64,000 bases of DNA from Candidatus Omnitrophota bacterium (GTDB lineage: Bacteria > Omnitrophota > Gorgyraeia > Duberdicusellales > 4484-171), in assembly GCA_003154195.1 (NCBI GenBank), contig PMCS01000029.1:24142-88141 (forward strand). The letters run 5' to 3'. Below are positions 45,196 to 54,224 of the stretch, piece by piece. The notes below the pieces were generated by a model. It saw only the letters and a list, made by a program, of their open reading frames with translations. It was not told the DNA's origin and made no database searches. Position 1 is the stretch's first letter; each line of letters starts with the position of its first letter. The translations under genes were made by a program, and so were the position numbers.

Positions 45196-46890
45196 TTACC
45201 CCGCAACCCTTAACACTTCTTCCAGAGTCGTAATGCCTTCGATACATTTCTTAAACCCGTCTTCTTTTAAGGAAAGGAAACTTCTTTTCTTCCTGGCATA
45301 ATCCGTAATTTCGTCCTCCGAGTTTTTCTTTAAAATCATCGTTCTAATTGTATCATCAAACGATAAAATTTCCAAGAGGGCAATTCTTCCCCGATAACCG
45401 GTACGATTGCAAAAACTACACCCGGCCGGCCGATAAAGTTCTTCTACCGGTTCTAAATTCAACCTCTCCAGGAGCTTTTGATCCGTTTTTTCTTTAATTT
45501 TACACTTCGTGCAAAGCCTTCGGGCCAGGCGCTGCGCGGTAGTAGCAATCATCGAAGACGCCACAAGAAAAGGCTCTATCCCCATATCAACCAAACGGGT
45601 TATCGCTCCGACGGAATTATTGGTATGCAGCGTCGAAAAGATAAATTCGCCGGTCAGCGAAGCCTTGATGGCGATATCCGCAGTTTCCGCGTCCCTTATC
45701 TCGCCGACCATAATAATATCCGGGGACTGGCGCAGGACACTGCGCAGGCTTGAAGAAAAATTCAAGCCGATTTCCGGTTTTACCTGTATTTGCGTTATCC
45801 CTTCGATTTGATATTCCACCGGATCCTCAATGGTAACGATGTTTTTTTCCGCATTGTTAAGCTGGTTGATTATTGAATAAAGGGTCGTGGATTTACCGCT
45901 GCCGGTCGGCCCGGTCACCAGAATTATCCCGAACGGCGCCTCCAAAGATTCTTCGAATAATTTCTGCGGTACCGGCGAAAACCCTAAGTTTTTAATCCCC
46001 ATGGCAAGGCTTTCTTTATCAAGTATGCGCAGTACTATTTTTTCTCCGAAATTGCCGGGAAGGCTGGAAACACGAAAGTCTATTTCCCGGTTTTCGAATT
46101 TAATCTTAAACCGGCCGTCTTGAGGCACCCTGAACTCCGTAATATTTAATGAAGACATTATTTTAAGCCGGGCCAGGATACCGCCTTGATTTTTTTTGGG
46201 CAGGCTAAACCCGTGATGGAGAACTCCGTCGATGCGGTATCTCACCGATAAATCTTTTTGTGTAGGTTCAATGTGGATATCGCTTGCCCTTCTTTTCAAA
46301 CCCTCATAAATCATCAGATCTACGACTCTTACTACGGGGGGAAGTTTGCTTTCGCTGATCATCCCCTCTAAACCCTGGTCGTCCTTAAGCGAAATATCTT
46401 TTATCGCTACATCGTCGTCGTTGATATCATTTTCCTCCACGAGAGGAGCAATTGTTGTTTCCGAATACAAACTATTAAGGTACTTGGTTATTTTTTCTTC
46501 TTTGGACAAAACCAAATCAATCTTTTTAAAACCCGCGGTTATTCTAAGATCATCCAAGGTAATAACATCCAGGGGATTAGCGGTAGCGACGGTCAAAACG
46601 TCACCGATTTTAGATATCGGCAAAACTCTGTAGCGAAAGGATAATTCTTTCGACAGAAAATTTTTGTTCTCATTCGAAATACGATATTTATCCAAATCCA
46701 TATAAGGTATTTTGTATTCCCGGGATAACACAATAAGGATATCTTCTTCGCTGATGATATTATTTTTGATTAGCTTTTCTTTAAACTCACGGAAGCTAAC
46801 GGATCCCCGGTCGATTTCCCGAACCAGGTCTTCTTTTGCTTTCTTATGAGCTATGATGTAACGCACTATTCTTTCTTTTAATGATTCCAT
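45196..46890 (-). CDS. type IV pilus assembly ATPase PilB/GspE/MshE family with an N-terminal T2SSE_N (MshEN-like) domain
   Basis: VTGPTGSGKSTTL is the Walker A. The Asp box, Walker B, His box and the tetra-cysteine Zn motif (CTKC...CSFC) are present. The N-terminal 150 aa form a GSPII_E_N domain. Confidence 0.85.
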   Translation of the reverse strand: MESLKERIVRYIIAHKKAKEDLVREIDRGSVSFREFKEKLIKNNIISEEDILIVLSREYKIPYMDLDKYRISNENKNFLSKELSFRYRVLPISKIGDVLTVATANPLDVITLDDLRITAGFKKIDLVLSKEEKITKYLNSLYSETTIAPLVEENDINDDDVAIKDISLKDDQGLEGMISESKLPPVVRVVDLMIYEGLKRRASDIHIEPTQKDLSVRYRIDGVLHHGFSLPKKNQGGILARLKIMSSLNITEFRVPQDGRFKIKFENREIDFRVSSLPGNFGEKIVLRILDKESLAMGIKNLGFSPVPQKLFEESLEAPFGIILVTGPTGSGKSTTLYSIINQLNNAEKNIVTIEDPVEYQIEGITQIQVKPEIGLNFSSSLRSVLRQSPDIIMVGEIRDAETADIAIKASLTGEFIFSTLHTNNSVGAITRLVDMGIEPFLVASSMIATTAQRLARRLCTKCKIKEKTDQKLLERLNLEPVEELYRPAGCSFCNRTGYRGRIALLEILSFDDTIRTMILKKNSEDEITDYARKKRSFLSLKEDGFKKCIEGITTLEEVLRVAG

Positions 46891-47046
46891 ACGGCAATTA
46901 AGGAAATTAAGGTATCGGGGAATTAGGAATTGGAAATTAGGGCACTGGGTTATTGGGCAACAACCCTAATCCACTAATTTCCCGATCCCCAAATCCTGAT
47001 AGCCTAATCCCCTGATCTCCTCTCAAAAAATACCTGTGCTCTCAAG

Positions 47047-48747
47047 TTAGCTCTCATCGCCGACCGTCGCCCTAACGACTTCTTCCAGGCTGGTCAACCC
47101 TTTTTCTACTTTCAAAATACCGTCGGACCTGAGCGTTCTCATGCCGTTGCTGATCGCTTCTCTTTTTATCGTATGCTCATCCGAATCTTCTCCTACCAAC
47201 CGGCGTAACGACGAATCCATATGCAAATATTCGATTAACGCTACTCTTCCTTTATACCCGGTCTGATAGCAGAATTTACAACCCCGGGGTTTATAAACAA
47301 CGGCATCGTTTTTTATCTTATATTTTACCCTTGCCGCATCATCCAGGTTATTGGTTTCTCTGCATTTCGGGCAAAGCCGTCGCACCAGGCGCTGGGCTAA
47401 AACTCCAATCAACGTTGAAGAAAGCAAAAACGGTTCAACTCCCATATTGATCAAGCGCGTAATCGAACCGCAGGCAGTAGTCGTATGCAGAGTCGATAAA
47501 ACAAGATGGCCGGTCAATGCCGCTTTTATCGCGATATCCACGGTATCAAAATCGCGGATTTCTCCCACCATAATGATATCGGGATCCTGACGTAAAATAG
47601 AACGCAAGGCGGCGGGAAAAGTAAGCTCAACTTCATAATTCACATTAACCTGGTTTATACCTTCAATCTGATATTCGATAGGATCCTCTACCGTAATGAT
47701 GTTCTTTTCCGGCGAATAAATGTGGCGTAAAATTGAATATAAAGTCGTGGTTTTGCCGCAGCCGGTAGGGCCGCAGGCAAGAATCATGCCGAAGCTTGAC
47801 GTAGCATCGCCTTTGATTCTATCCGCGGTATCGCTTTCAAAACCTAATAGGTTTATATCTAAAAGCCCGGCGGATTTATCGAGAATCCTTAAAACTATTT
47901 TTTCGCCGAGGGTAGAAGGTAGAATAGAAACGCGGAAATCGATGTCGTTGCCGAAAATATTCATCCGGAAACGGCCGTCCTGAGGCAACCGGTGTTCGGT
48001 AATATTTAAATTAGCGATAACTTTAATGCGCGAAATAACAAAAGTGTGCATTTTTTTAGGAAACGCCTGCGCCTGGCGCAGCACTCCGTCAATACGATAG
48101 CGAACCCTTGAGCTATTGCCTAACGGTTCGATTAAAATATCCGAGGCTTTCTCTTCTACCGCTTTTTTTAAAATATAATTGGTGAGCTTTATAATCGGAG
48201 CTTCTTCGATGGAGCGTAAAATCTCTTCGTCTTTTACTTCTTCTTTTTCTTCGTTAATAATCTCTATGGAAGCCTGGTCTGAATCTTTTATAATTTCGTC
48301 AATGGCGTTGGCCAAAGATTCTTTGTAGTGGACATCAAATACCTGCTGCAATTCTGAACGCGAAGCGATAACCGGCGATATTTGGCAGCCGGTTATCCTT
48401 TCTAAATCTTCAAAAATTAAAACATTTAAAGGGTCGGTAACGGCAACCGTAAGGACATTGCCGATTTTGCCTACCGGTAATACCATATACTTTTTCGCGA
48501 TTGCCTTGGGGATAAGATTAAGTATTTCGGGAGCGACTTTGATGTTTGATACTTTTATAGGAGGTATGGCTAAATAGGTAGAAAGAAAAATCATTAAATC
48601 TTTTTCATCGATATAGCCTGAATTTATAAGAAGCTCGCTGAAGGAGCCTCCTTTTTGAGCATGAACCTTGTAAACATCATCAAGGCGCTCTTGAGTTATT
48701 AATCCTTTATCTACTAAAAGTTTGGTAAAATTTTTTACTTCGTCCAT
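47047..48747 (-). CDS. second PilB/GspE/MshE-family ATPase, tandem paralog
   Basis: ACGPTGCGKTTTL is the Walker A. A CPKC...CKFC Zn motif and an N-terminal GSPII_E_N domain are present. The ATPase core is about 50% identical to the adjacent paralog. Confidence 0.85.
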   Translation of the reverse strand: MDEVKNFTKLLVDKGLITQERLDDVYKVHAQKGGSFSELLINSGYIDEKDLMIFLSTYLAIPPIKVSNIKVAPEILNLIPKAIAKKYMVLPVGKIGNVLTVAVTDPLNVLIFEDLERITGCQISPVIASRSELQQVFDVHYKESLANAIDEIIKDSDQASIEIINEEKEEVKDEEILRSIEEAPIIKLTNYILKKAVEEKASDILIEPLGNSSRVRYRIDGVLRQAQAFPKKMHTFVISRIKVIANLNITEHRLPQDGRFRMNIFGNDIDFRVSILPSTLGEKIVLRILDKSAGLLDINLLGFESDTADRIKGDATSSFGMILACGPTGCGKTTTLYSILRHIYSPEKNIITVEDPIEYQIEGINQVNVNYEVELTFPAALRSILRQDPDIIMVGEIRDFDTVDIAIKAALTGHLVLSTLHTTTACGSITRLINMGVEPFLLSSTLIGVLAQRLVRRLCPKCRETNNLDDAARVKYKIKNDAVVYKPRGCKFCYQTGYKGRVALIEYLHMDSSLRRLVGEDSDEHTIKREAISNGMRTLRSDGILKVEKGLTSLEEVVRATVGDES

Positions 48748-48874
48748 AATTTATTTTTTACTTCGTAAAAAATAAATTTATCCCTTTAATCATCTAACCT
48801 AAAATGCAACTACTTAAAGGGATAAACTTATTTTTCGCAATAATTGCGAAACAATTTGAAAGCGAAAAATAAGT

Positions 48875-49318
48875 TTATTTGTAGCATCGCTTTATCGCGT
48901 TACGTATATCGGAAGCGGTACCGACAAATACGTGTATGTCTAAAGAAGTAATATCTTCCAGATCTTCCAGCGCTTCCGCGTTTAAAGGATTAGCCATCGC
49001 CACAGTAAGGGCGTTGCCGATCTTATCAATGGGAATAAAACAATAATGCTGAGCTACGCTGGCCGGAACAAGTTTTAAAACTTCTTCGGAAATTTCGCAA
49101 TTTTCTAACGGCAGGTAAGGAAACCCGTATTGGAAGGAAATACACTGGGCGATCTCTTCTTCATTGGCGAAGTTCAATTTAACAATAATCTCGCCGATCA
49201 TCCCGCCGGTATTCATCTGAATCGTCAAAGCTTCCTTGAGCTGCTCGGGGCCGATGATGCCCCTATCCACGAGGATTTCGCCCAATAATTTTTCGGTTTT
49301 CTTTTTATTAAATCTCAT
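48875..49318 (-). CDS. stand-alone T2SSE_N / MshEN-domain protein (putative c-di-GMP-binding module)
   Basis: LLGEILVDRGIIGPEQLKEALTIQMNTGGMIGEIIVKLNFANEEEIAQCISFQYGFPYLPLENCEISEEVLKLVPASVAQHYCFIPIDKIGNALTVAMANPLNAEALEDLEDITSLDIHVFVGTASDIRNAIKRCY matches the MshEN-type GSPII_E N-terminal domain across its full length. The start was chosen at the ATG at 49318, which has an AAGGAA ribosome-binding site. The track ORF is longer. Confidence 0.6.
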   Translation of the reverse strand: MRFNKKKTEKLLGEILVDRGIIGPEQLKEALTIQMNTGGMIGEIIVKLNFANEEEIAQCISFQYGFPYLPLENCEISEEVLKLVPASVAQHYCFIPIDKIGNALTVAMANPLNAEALEDLEDITSLDIHVFVGTASDIRNAIKRCYK

Positions 49319-49546
49319 ATAAAAAAATTCCTTAACCTCAGTCATTCCGCGCATCGACGGAATTTTTTTATCTATTTTGTCCGCCACAAATAATAAATTA
49401 TTTAGGCGGATCAGCCTTCGGCGGAAAAACCTTCGGTTTTTTCGCCAACGACGAGACTTCGCCAAAAGTTGGAAACTTTTGGCGAGCAAACTTTCCCCTT
49501 GTAAAAATATTCTACTTCCGGCGGCGCGCTTTGCGCTTGCAGTCGG

Positions 49547-50890
49547 CTAAGCCTCATTAAGATGCGACTGGATTCGTTCGAAAAGTTGATCGGGAGTCGT
49601 ACCATCAATGGGGTTTTCCGCGACGGCAAAAGAAAAACGCACTGGTAATTTTTCGCTGTCCTTGAAAGAATCCGACAGCGCTTCCTTCAACTGCGTTCCG
49701 ATATAATGGCTTTGCCTCTTGCTTCTTTCAATCAGGATGACGCCGATTTTATTTTCTTGTATACGGCCTAAGATATCAATCGGCCTTATGTTATTTTTGA
49801 ATATACTAACCGCCTTTTTCAAAATCCTCTCCAGCTCAATCATGCCAAACTTATGTTCATAATCCATACCATTGGTAATTTCTATTACCAAAAAAGCGCA
49901 CGGTCTTTGATAAATCGAAGCCCGGTTTATTTCTTCCTGAAGGCGCACGAAGAAAAATTTCTCATTATATATGCCGGTTAAAGGATCTTTTATTTCTAGA
50001 TCCTCTACTCTTTTGGCAAGAAGCTGGTGTTCCCAGATAATACCGGTATTTCTGGCGAATAACTCTATGATTTGGCAGTCCTCGTCGGAAAAAGCAAAAT
50101 CATCGTCGCGATTACCGGCAATTATAAATCCGATGACTCTATCCCGCAAAGATACGGGATTGACGATAATATTCTTGGCATTAATAATATTTTGCAAGAA
50201 AATTATAGAATCCGCTTTATGTTTTTTATCGATGATTTGCCGTTCTTTTATTTTTAAAAAATTTGCGAATTCGCCGCTTTCAAGCAATTGGCGGGCATTG
50301 CTTAAATTTATCCCGTGCAAAAATATATCATAATTATCGCCGGAGTATTTTTTGATCAGGGTAATCGCCGCTCCGGCTCCGATAATGCCTTTCAGCCGCT
50401 CCGTTAAAAACTGCAGGATTTCTTCCAACGGACCGCCTTTGGAAAATAAAATATTGGCCTGGAGAATAGTCGAAAAAACATTAACTTTTTGCGTAATCGC
50501 CTTATTTAATTCTTCAGTCCTATGGCTTACTTCTTTAAGCTCCTCCACGCTTTCTTTCACCTTGGAAGAAAGCGTGCTAAAAATAAGGTCCAGCCTTTCT
50601 ACTTCATTTTTTACGTAATTTTCGGACCCAATAGCTTCCATTGAATCGACTATTCTGCTGGATTTATTGTGGATTCGTAAAATAGAAAAGAAAACATCGA
50701 AAATAAACCACCAACCGATAAGAGCAAGAGATACCACAATAAAGATTACCGAACCGGTTATGGGAAAAAGATTAGTCAAATAGTGGAAAATCAACGCGGC
50801 CGGAAAAAACGTGGTAAAGGCAAAAGCAAGCCAGAGCCGGCTTTTTAAACTTATTTTGCTTAAGGAAGACTTTTTCTCGGTTGTTTTCAT
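49547..50890 (-). CDS. membrane-anchored sensor with a degenerate GGDEF-like C-terminal domain
   Basis: It has two N-terminal TM helices, a central GAF/PAS-like region and a C-terminal region with the GGDEF fold outline (DPLTGIYNEKFF...AFLVIEI...ILGRIQENKIGVIL). The GG(D/E)EF motif is replaced by RIQENK and the DxD-type metal site is absent, so it is probably catalytically inactive. Confidence 0.55.
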   Translation of the reverse strand: MKTTEKKSSLSKISLKSRLWLAFAFTTFFPAALIFHYLTNLFPITGSVIFIVVSLALIGWWFIFDVFFSILRIHNKSSRIVDSMEAIGSENYVKNEVERLDLIFSTLSSKVKESVEELKEVSHRTEELNKAITQKVNVFSTILQANILFSKGGPLEEILQFLTERLKGIIGAGAAITLIKKYSGDNYDIFLHGINLSNARQLLESGEFANFLKIKERQIIDKKHKADSIIFLQNIINAKNIIVNPVSLRDRVIGFIIAGNRDDDFAFSDEDCQIIELFARNTGIIWEHQLLAKRVEDLEIKDPLTGIYNEKFFFVRLQEEINRASIYQRPCAFLVIEITNGMDYEHKFGMIELERILKKAVSIFKNNIRPIDILGRIQENKIGVILIERSKRQSHYIGTQLKEALSDSFKDSEKLPVRFSFAVAENPIDGTTPDQLFERIQSHLNEA

Positions 50891-51050
50891 TTATCCCCCT
50901 AATCCGGCAAAGCCGGAATTAAAAAAAATAAGTCAGAACTCCGGCTTTGCCGGATTAGGCGACCGAAAAATTGGCGAAGCACATTTTTCGGTTCATAAAA
51001 CCCTGGGGTTTTTTCGCTCGAGGCGAAACTTTGTCAAAAGTTAGAAACTT

Positions 51051-51632
51051 TCATGATGCCTTCGGCCGCCTGGGCGGATTTACCATCTCGATCATGCTTT
51101 TGATAAATTCTTTTTCGACGGATACTAATTTAAAATGGTGTTCCAAAAGAAGGGTATTTTTGGAAGAACTCTTGAGTTTCTGTTGTTTATTGAGCAGCCA
51201 CTTTTTTACTTTTTCAAGAAACATCAGGCGAAACCGAAGCGCCGTCGACATTTCTTTTTTATTGATAAAATGAGAAAAATAGAGCGCGATATCCGACTCG
51301 ATAAACGGCCTTGCCTGCGAAAGCAAAGTCTGTTTACATAACTTCAAAAATTCTTTTTCGCCATGGGTAGTTATCGAATAAACGTACTTTTTTGCGTTTT
51401 TCCCTTGTGTTTCTTTTTTGCGGACCAAACCCTCTTTTTTCATCTGGTTAAGAGGGTAATATATGGACTTATTTTCTAAACCGAAAAAAACGCCCAGTTC
51501 GTCTTGTATATATTTCTTAATATCGTAACCGGACGATGGTTTTTCTTTTAAACTACCTAATATGATAAGTCTTTGAATCATCCAGTGACCCTTCGCTAAC
51601 GCTTCAGGGCAATCCCTTGCGGGAAAATTCAA
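51051..51632 (-). CDS. PadR-family transcriptional regulator
   Basis: LIILGSLKEKPSSGYDIKKYIQDELGVFFGLENKSIYYPLNQMKKEGLV is a PadR winged HTH. The true start is probably the internal MIQRL at about 51584. Confidence 0.7.
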   Translation of the reverse strand: MNFPARDCPEALAKGHWMIQRLIILGSLKEKPSSGYDIKKYIQDELGVFFGLENKSIYYPLNQMKKEGLVRKKETQGKNAKKYVYSITTHGEKEFLKLCKQTLLSQARPFIESDIALYFSHFINKKEMSTALRFRLMFLEKVKKWLLNKQQKLKSSSKNTLLLEHHFKLVSVEKEFIKSMIEMVNPPRRPKAS

Positions 51633-51640
51633 CTACCGCC

Positions 51641-52627
51641 TCAATCTACGCCCTTCGGGCTTGATTTCGGCGAAGTCTCATTAAAAACACCTAATTTTCT
51701 AAATTTATCGTATCGGTTACGCATAAATTCTCCGGATAGTGCGGATACTTCCTCTAAATTATTCAAAAGGGCGAGTTTCAAATTGTTCGCCGCTTCTTCA
51801 TGATTGTTATGGGCGCCGCCTTCAGGCTCCGGTATAATTTGGTCGATGATTCCCAATCCCAGTAAATCCGGCGCGGTTAATTTTAACACTTTAGCCGCCT
51901 CTTCCTTTTTGGCCGAATCCTTCCACAAGATAGCCGCGCACCCTTCCGGTGAAATCACGGAATAATAAGCATATTCCAACATCAAAACCTTATCGCCCAC
52001 GCCGATGCCCAGGGCGCCGCCGGAACCGCCTTCGCCGATAACGATAGCGATAACCGGGGTTTTTAAAGAAAACATATCCCGGATATTTTCCGCAATCGCC
52101 TGGGCCTGGCCTCTTTCTTCCGCGCCGATACCCGGATAAGCTCCGGGCGTATCAATAAAACAGATTATCGGCATGTTGAAACGTTCGGCAAGCTTCATCA
52201 CCCTCATCGCTTTTCGATAACCTTCCGGATGAGCGCAGCCGAAATTACGCTCGATGTTTTCTTTGGTATCTTTGCCTTTTTGGTGCCCGATCACGGCGAC
52301 TTTCTTTCCTTCTATTTTGGCAAAACCGCAGATCATCGCCCGGTCCTCGCCGAAGAGCCGGTCGCCGCAAAGCAAAATAAAATCTTTCATAAGCAAATTT
52401 ATATAATCAAGGGTGGCCGGCCGATTCGGATGTCGCGCAATCTGTACCTTCTGCCAGGGATTAAGGTGGGAATAAATTTCCGTTTTCAGCTTTTTCAACT
52501 TCTCTTCGAGATTGGTAATATCTGAAGAAAGGTTTACTTTTTTAAACTGGGAAAACCTTTTGAGTTCTTCTATCTTGTTTTTTAATTCTATGATCGGTTT
52601 TTCAAATTCCCAAGTATGATGTGCCAT
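51641..52627 (-). CDS. accA: acetyl-CoA carboxylase carboxyltransferase alpha subunit
   Basis: MAHHTWEFEKPIIELKNKIEELK...FIDTPGAYPGIGAEERGQAQAIA is the canonical AccA sequence. Confidence 0.9.
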   Translation of the reverse strand: MAHHTWEFEKPIIELKNKIEELKRFSQFKKVNLSSDITNLEEKLKKLKTEIYSHLNPWQKVQIARHPNRPATLDYINLLMKDFILLCGDRLFGEDRAMICGFAKIEGKKVAVIGHQKGKDTKENIERNFGCAHPEGYRKAMRVMKLAERFNMPIICFIDTPGAYPGIGAEERGQAQAIAENIRDMFSLKTPVIAIVIGEGGSGGALGIGVGDKVLMLEYAYYSVISPEGCAAILWKDSAKKEEAAKVLKLTAPDLLGLGIIDQIIPEPEGGAHNNHEEAANNLKLALLNNLEEVSALSGEFMRNRYDKFRKLGVFNETSPKSSPKGVD

Positions 52628-52758
52628 AATAATTTACCAAAAAACGAAAAAACCTAAAAACCAAAAAACTATTTTTGATTCCCCGGTTTTTCAGCTTCAA
52701 AATTTTCAGGTTCTTTCGTTTTTTATGTTTTTCGGTTTTAGGTTATCCGCCGTTACCG

Positions 52759-53562
52759 TCAGTTAACAACAGTTACTTCCGTCCCCGTGCCGACGATATC
52801 GTAAAGTTCTTCAACCTCTTCGTTTTTCATCCGGACACAGCCGGCCGTTACTTGTTTGCCTAAATCCTGGGGCATGGTAGTGCCGTGTATGCCATAACCT
52901 TTCTTGTCCAGGCCAAGCCAGCGTGACCCCAGGATATTTTCGGGGCTGTCCGACGGCAGCACCGCGCCCGCTTTAAACCAGGTAGGATTCGGGAGTTTAT
53001 TCACGATCTTAAAAGTCCCCACCGGCGTACAGTTATTCTTGCCCGTAGAAACAACATAGGTCTTTAAAATTTCGTCGCCTCTTTTCAAAAAAAGCAGGTT
53101 TTGCGATTTATAAACAAGGATAGAAAACGGGCTGGTATTTATTTTCAGGGTTTGGCCGACGTTTAAAATATCGGATTTTAAATTATTAGCGCGCTTGATC
53201 AGATCGACCGTAGTATTAAATTTATTGGCAATTTTTATTAAAACATCGCCGGGCTTTACCGTGTATTGGGTACTGCCCTCATCTAAAGCGGAAGAAAACA
53301 ACAGCTTCAAGCTTATATCTTCAATCGCCTTTCTGGTATCTTTAAGCTTTTCGGCGTCAATGGTATTTTCTAAAACTTTCTGATATTCTTTTTTCGCCCC
53401 GCGTAAATCTCCTTTGGCCAAAGCGCTTTCCGCTTCCCGCAGGAATGGTATTTGTTCAAGCCTGGCCGCTTCTTTATTTTTACTGTTCGCGATAAAAAAA
53501 ATAGCCGCTCCGGCCGCCAAAACAAGAATAATTACCGACGTAACAATAAGTAGTTTTTTCAT
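52759..53562 (-). CDS. LysM-domain L,D-transpeptidase (YkuD family)
   Basis: YTVKPGDVLIKIANKFNTTVDLIKRANNL is the LysM domain. HGTTMPQDLGKQVTAGCVRM carries the catalytic His and Cys of the L,D-transpeptidase. Confidence 0.8.
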   Translation of the reverse strand: MKKLLIVTSVIILVLAAGAAIFFIANSKNKEAARLEQIPFLREAESALAKGDLRGAKKEYQKVLENTIDAEKLKDTRKAIEDISLKLLFSSALDEGSTQYTVKPGDVLIKIANKFNTTVDLIKRANNLKSDILNVGQTLKINTSPFSILVYKSQNLLFLKRGDEILKTYVVSTGKNNCTPVGTFKIVNKLPNPTWFKAGAVLPSDSPENILGSRWLGLDKKGYGIHGTTMPQDLGKQVTAGCVRMKNEEVEELYDIVGTGTEVTVVN

Positions 53563-53593
53563 ATCCTCCTAATTTTAGTCGACAAAATTCCAA

Positions 53594-54043
53594 TCACTTA
53601 TAGAGCAGCAGCGCAACAACAACCCCCACGATGGCGCCCACAAAAACTTCGATGGGAGTATGCCCTACCAATTCCCGCAGCCTTTCATCGATAGGCTTCT
53701 TATTTTCCTGTAGATCGCCCATCATTCTATTCAATATTTTGGCTTGAGCGCCGACCGACCGGCGCCAAGTCTGAGCGTCAAACATCGTTACCAGGGCGAA
53801 TATCGTGCTTAACGCGAAAAACGGCGAATTAAACCCTAATCCCTTGCCGATACAAATAGCCAAAGATACCACGGCGGCGCTATGGCTGGAAGGCATACCT
53901 CCCGTACCGAGAATCCAGGAAAAATTAAACTTCTTTTTGCTGCATACCCCAATAATAATTTTGGCGCCTTGAGCGATGAACCAGGAGAGAAGCGTTACCC
54001 ATAAAGCCCGATTGTTGAGAACCTGTGCCCAGAATTCTTTCAT
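53594..54043 (-). CDS. DUF212 / divergent PAP2-like membrane protein (acid phosphatase/vanadium haloperoxidase-related, YuiD family)
   Basis: GGMPSSHSA and the surrounding TM helices match the DUF212 signature. Confidence 0.6.
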   Translation of the reverse strand: MKEFWAQVLNNRALWVTLLSWFIAQGAKIIIGVCSKKKFNFSWILGTGGMPSSHSAAVVSLAICIGKGLGFNSPFFALSTIFALVTMFDAQTWRRSVGAQAKILNRMMGDLQENKKPIDERLRELVGHTPIEVFVGAIVGVVVALLLYK

Positions 54044-54224
54044 AATACCTATTATTATAAAGAAAAAGCGCTATTGCGCAATAAAAAAATTCCTTACGTC
54101 CAGCTGTCCCTGTGCCAACGCCGCAAAAAATTTAGCCGATTACATAAAGTTTCTCCTCGCCGGAATTTTTTTATCTGTTTTGCCCGCCAAAAGGTGAAAA
54201 CTTTTGGCGGGCAAACTTTCCCTT

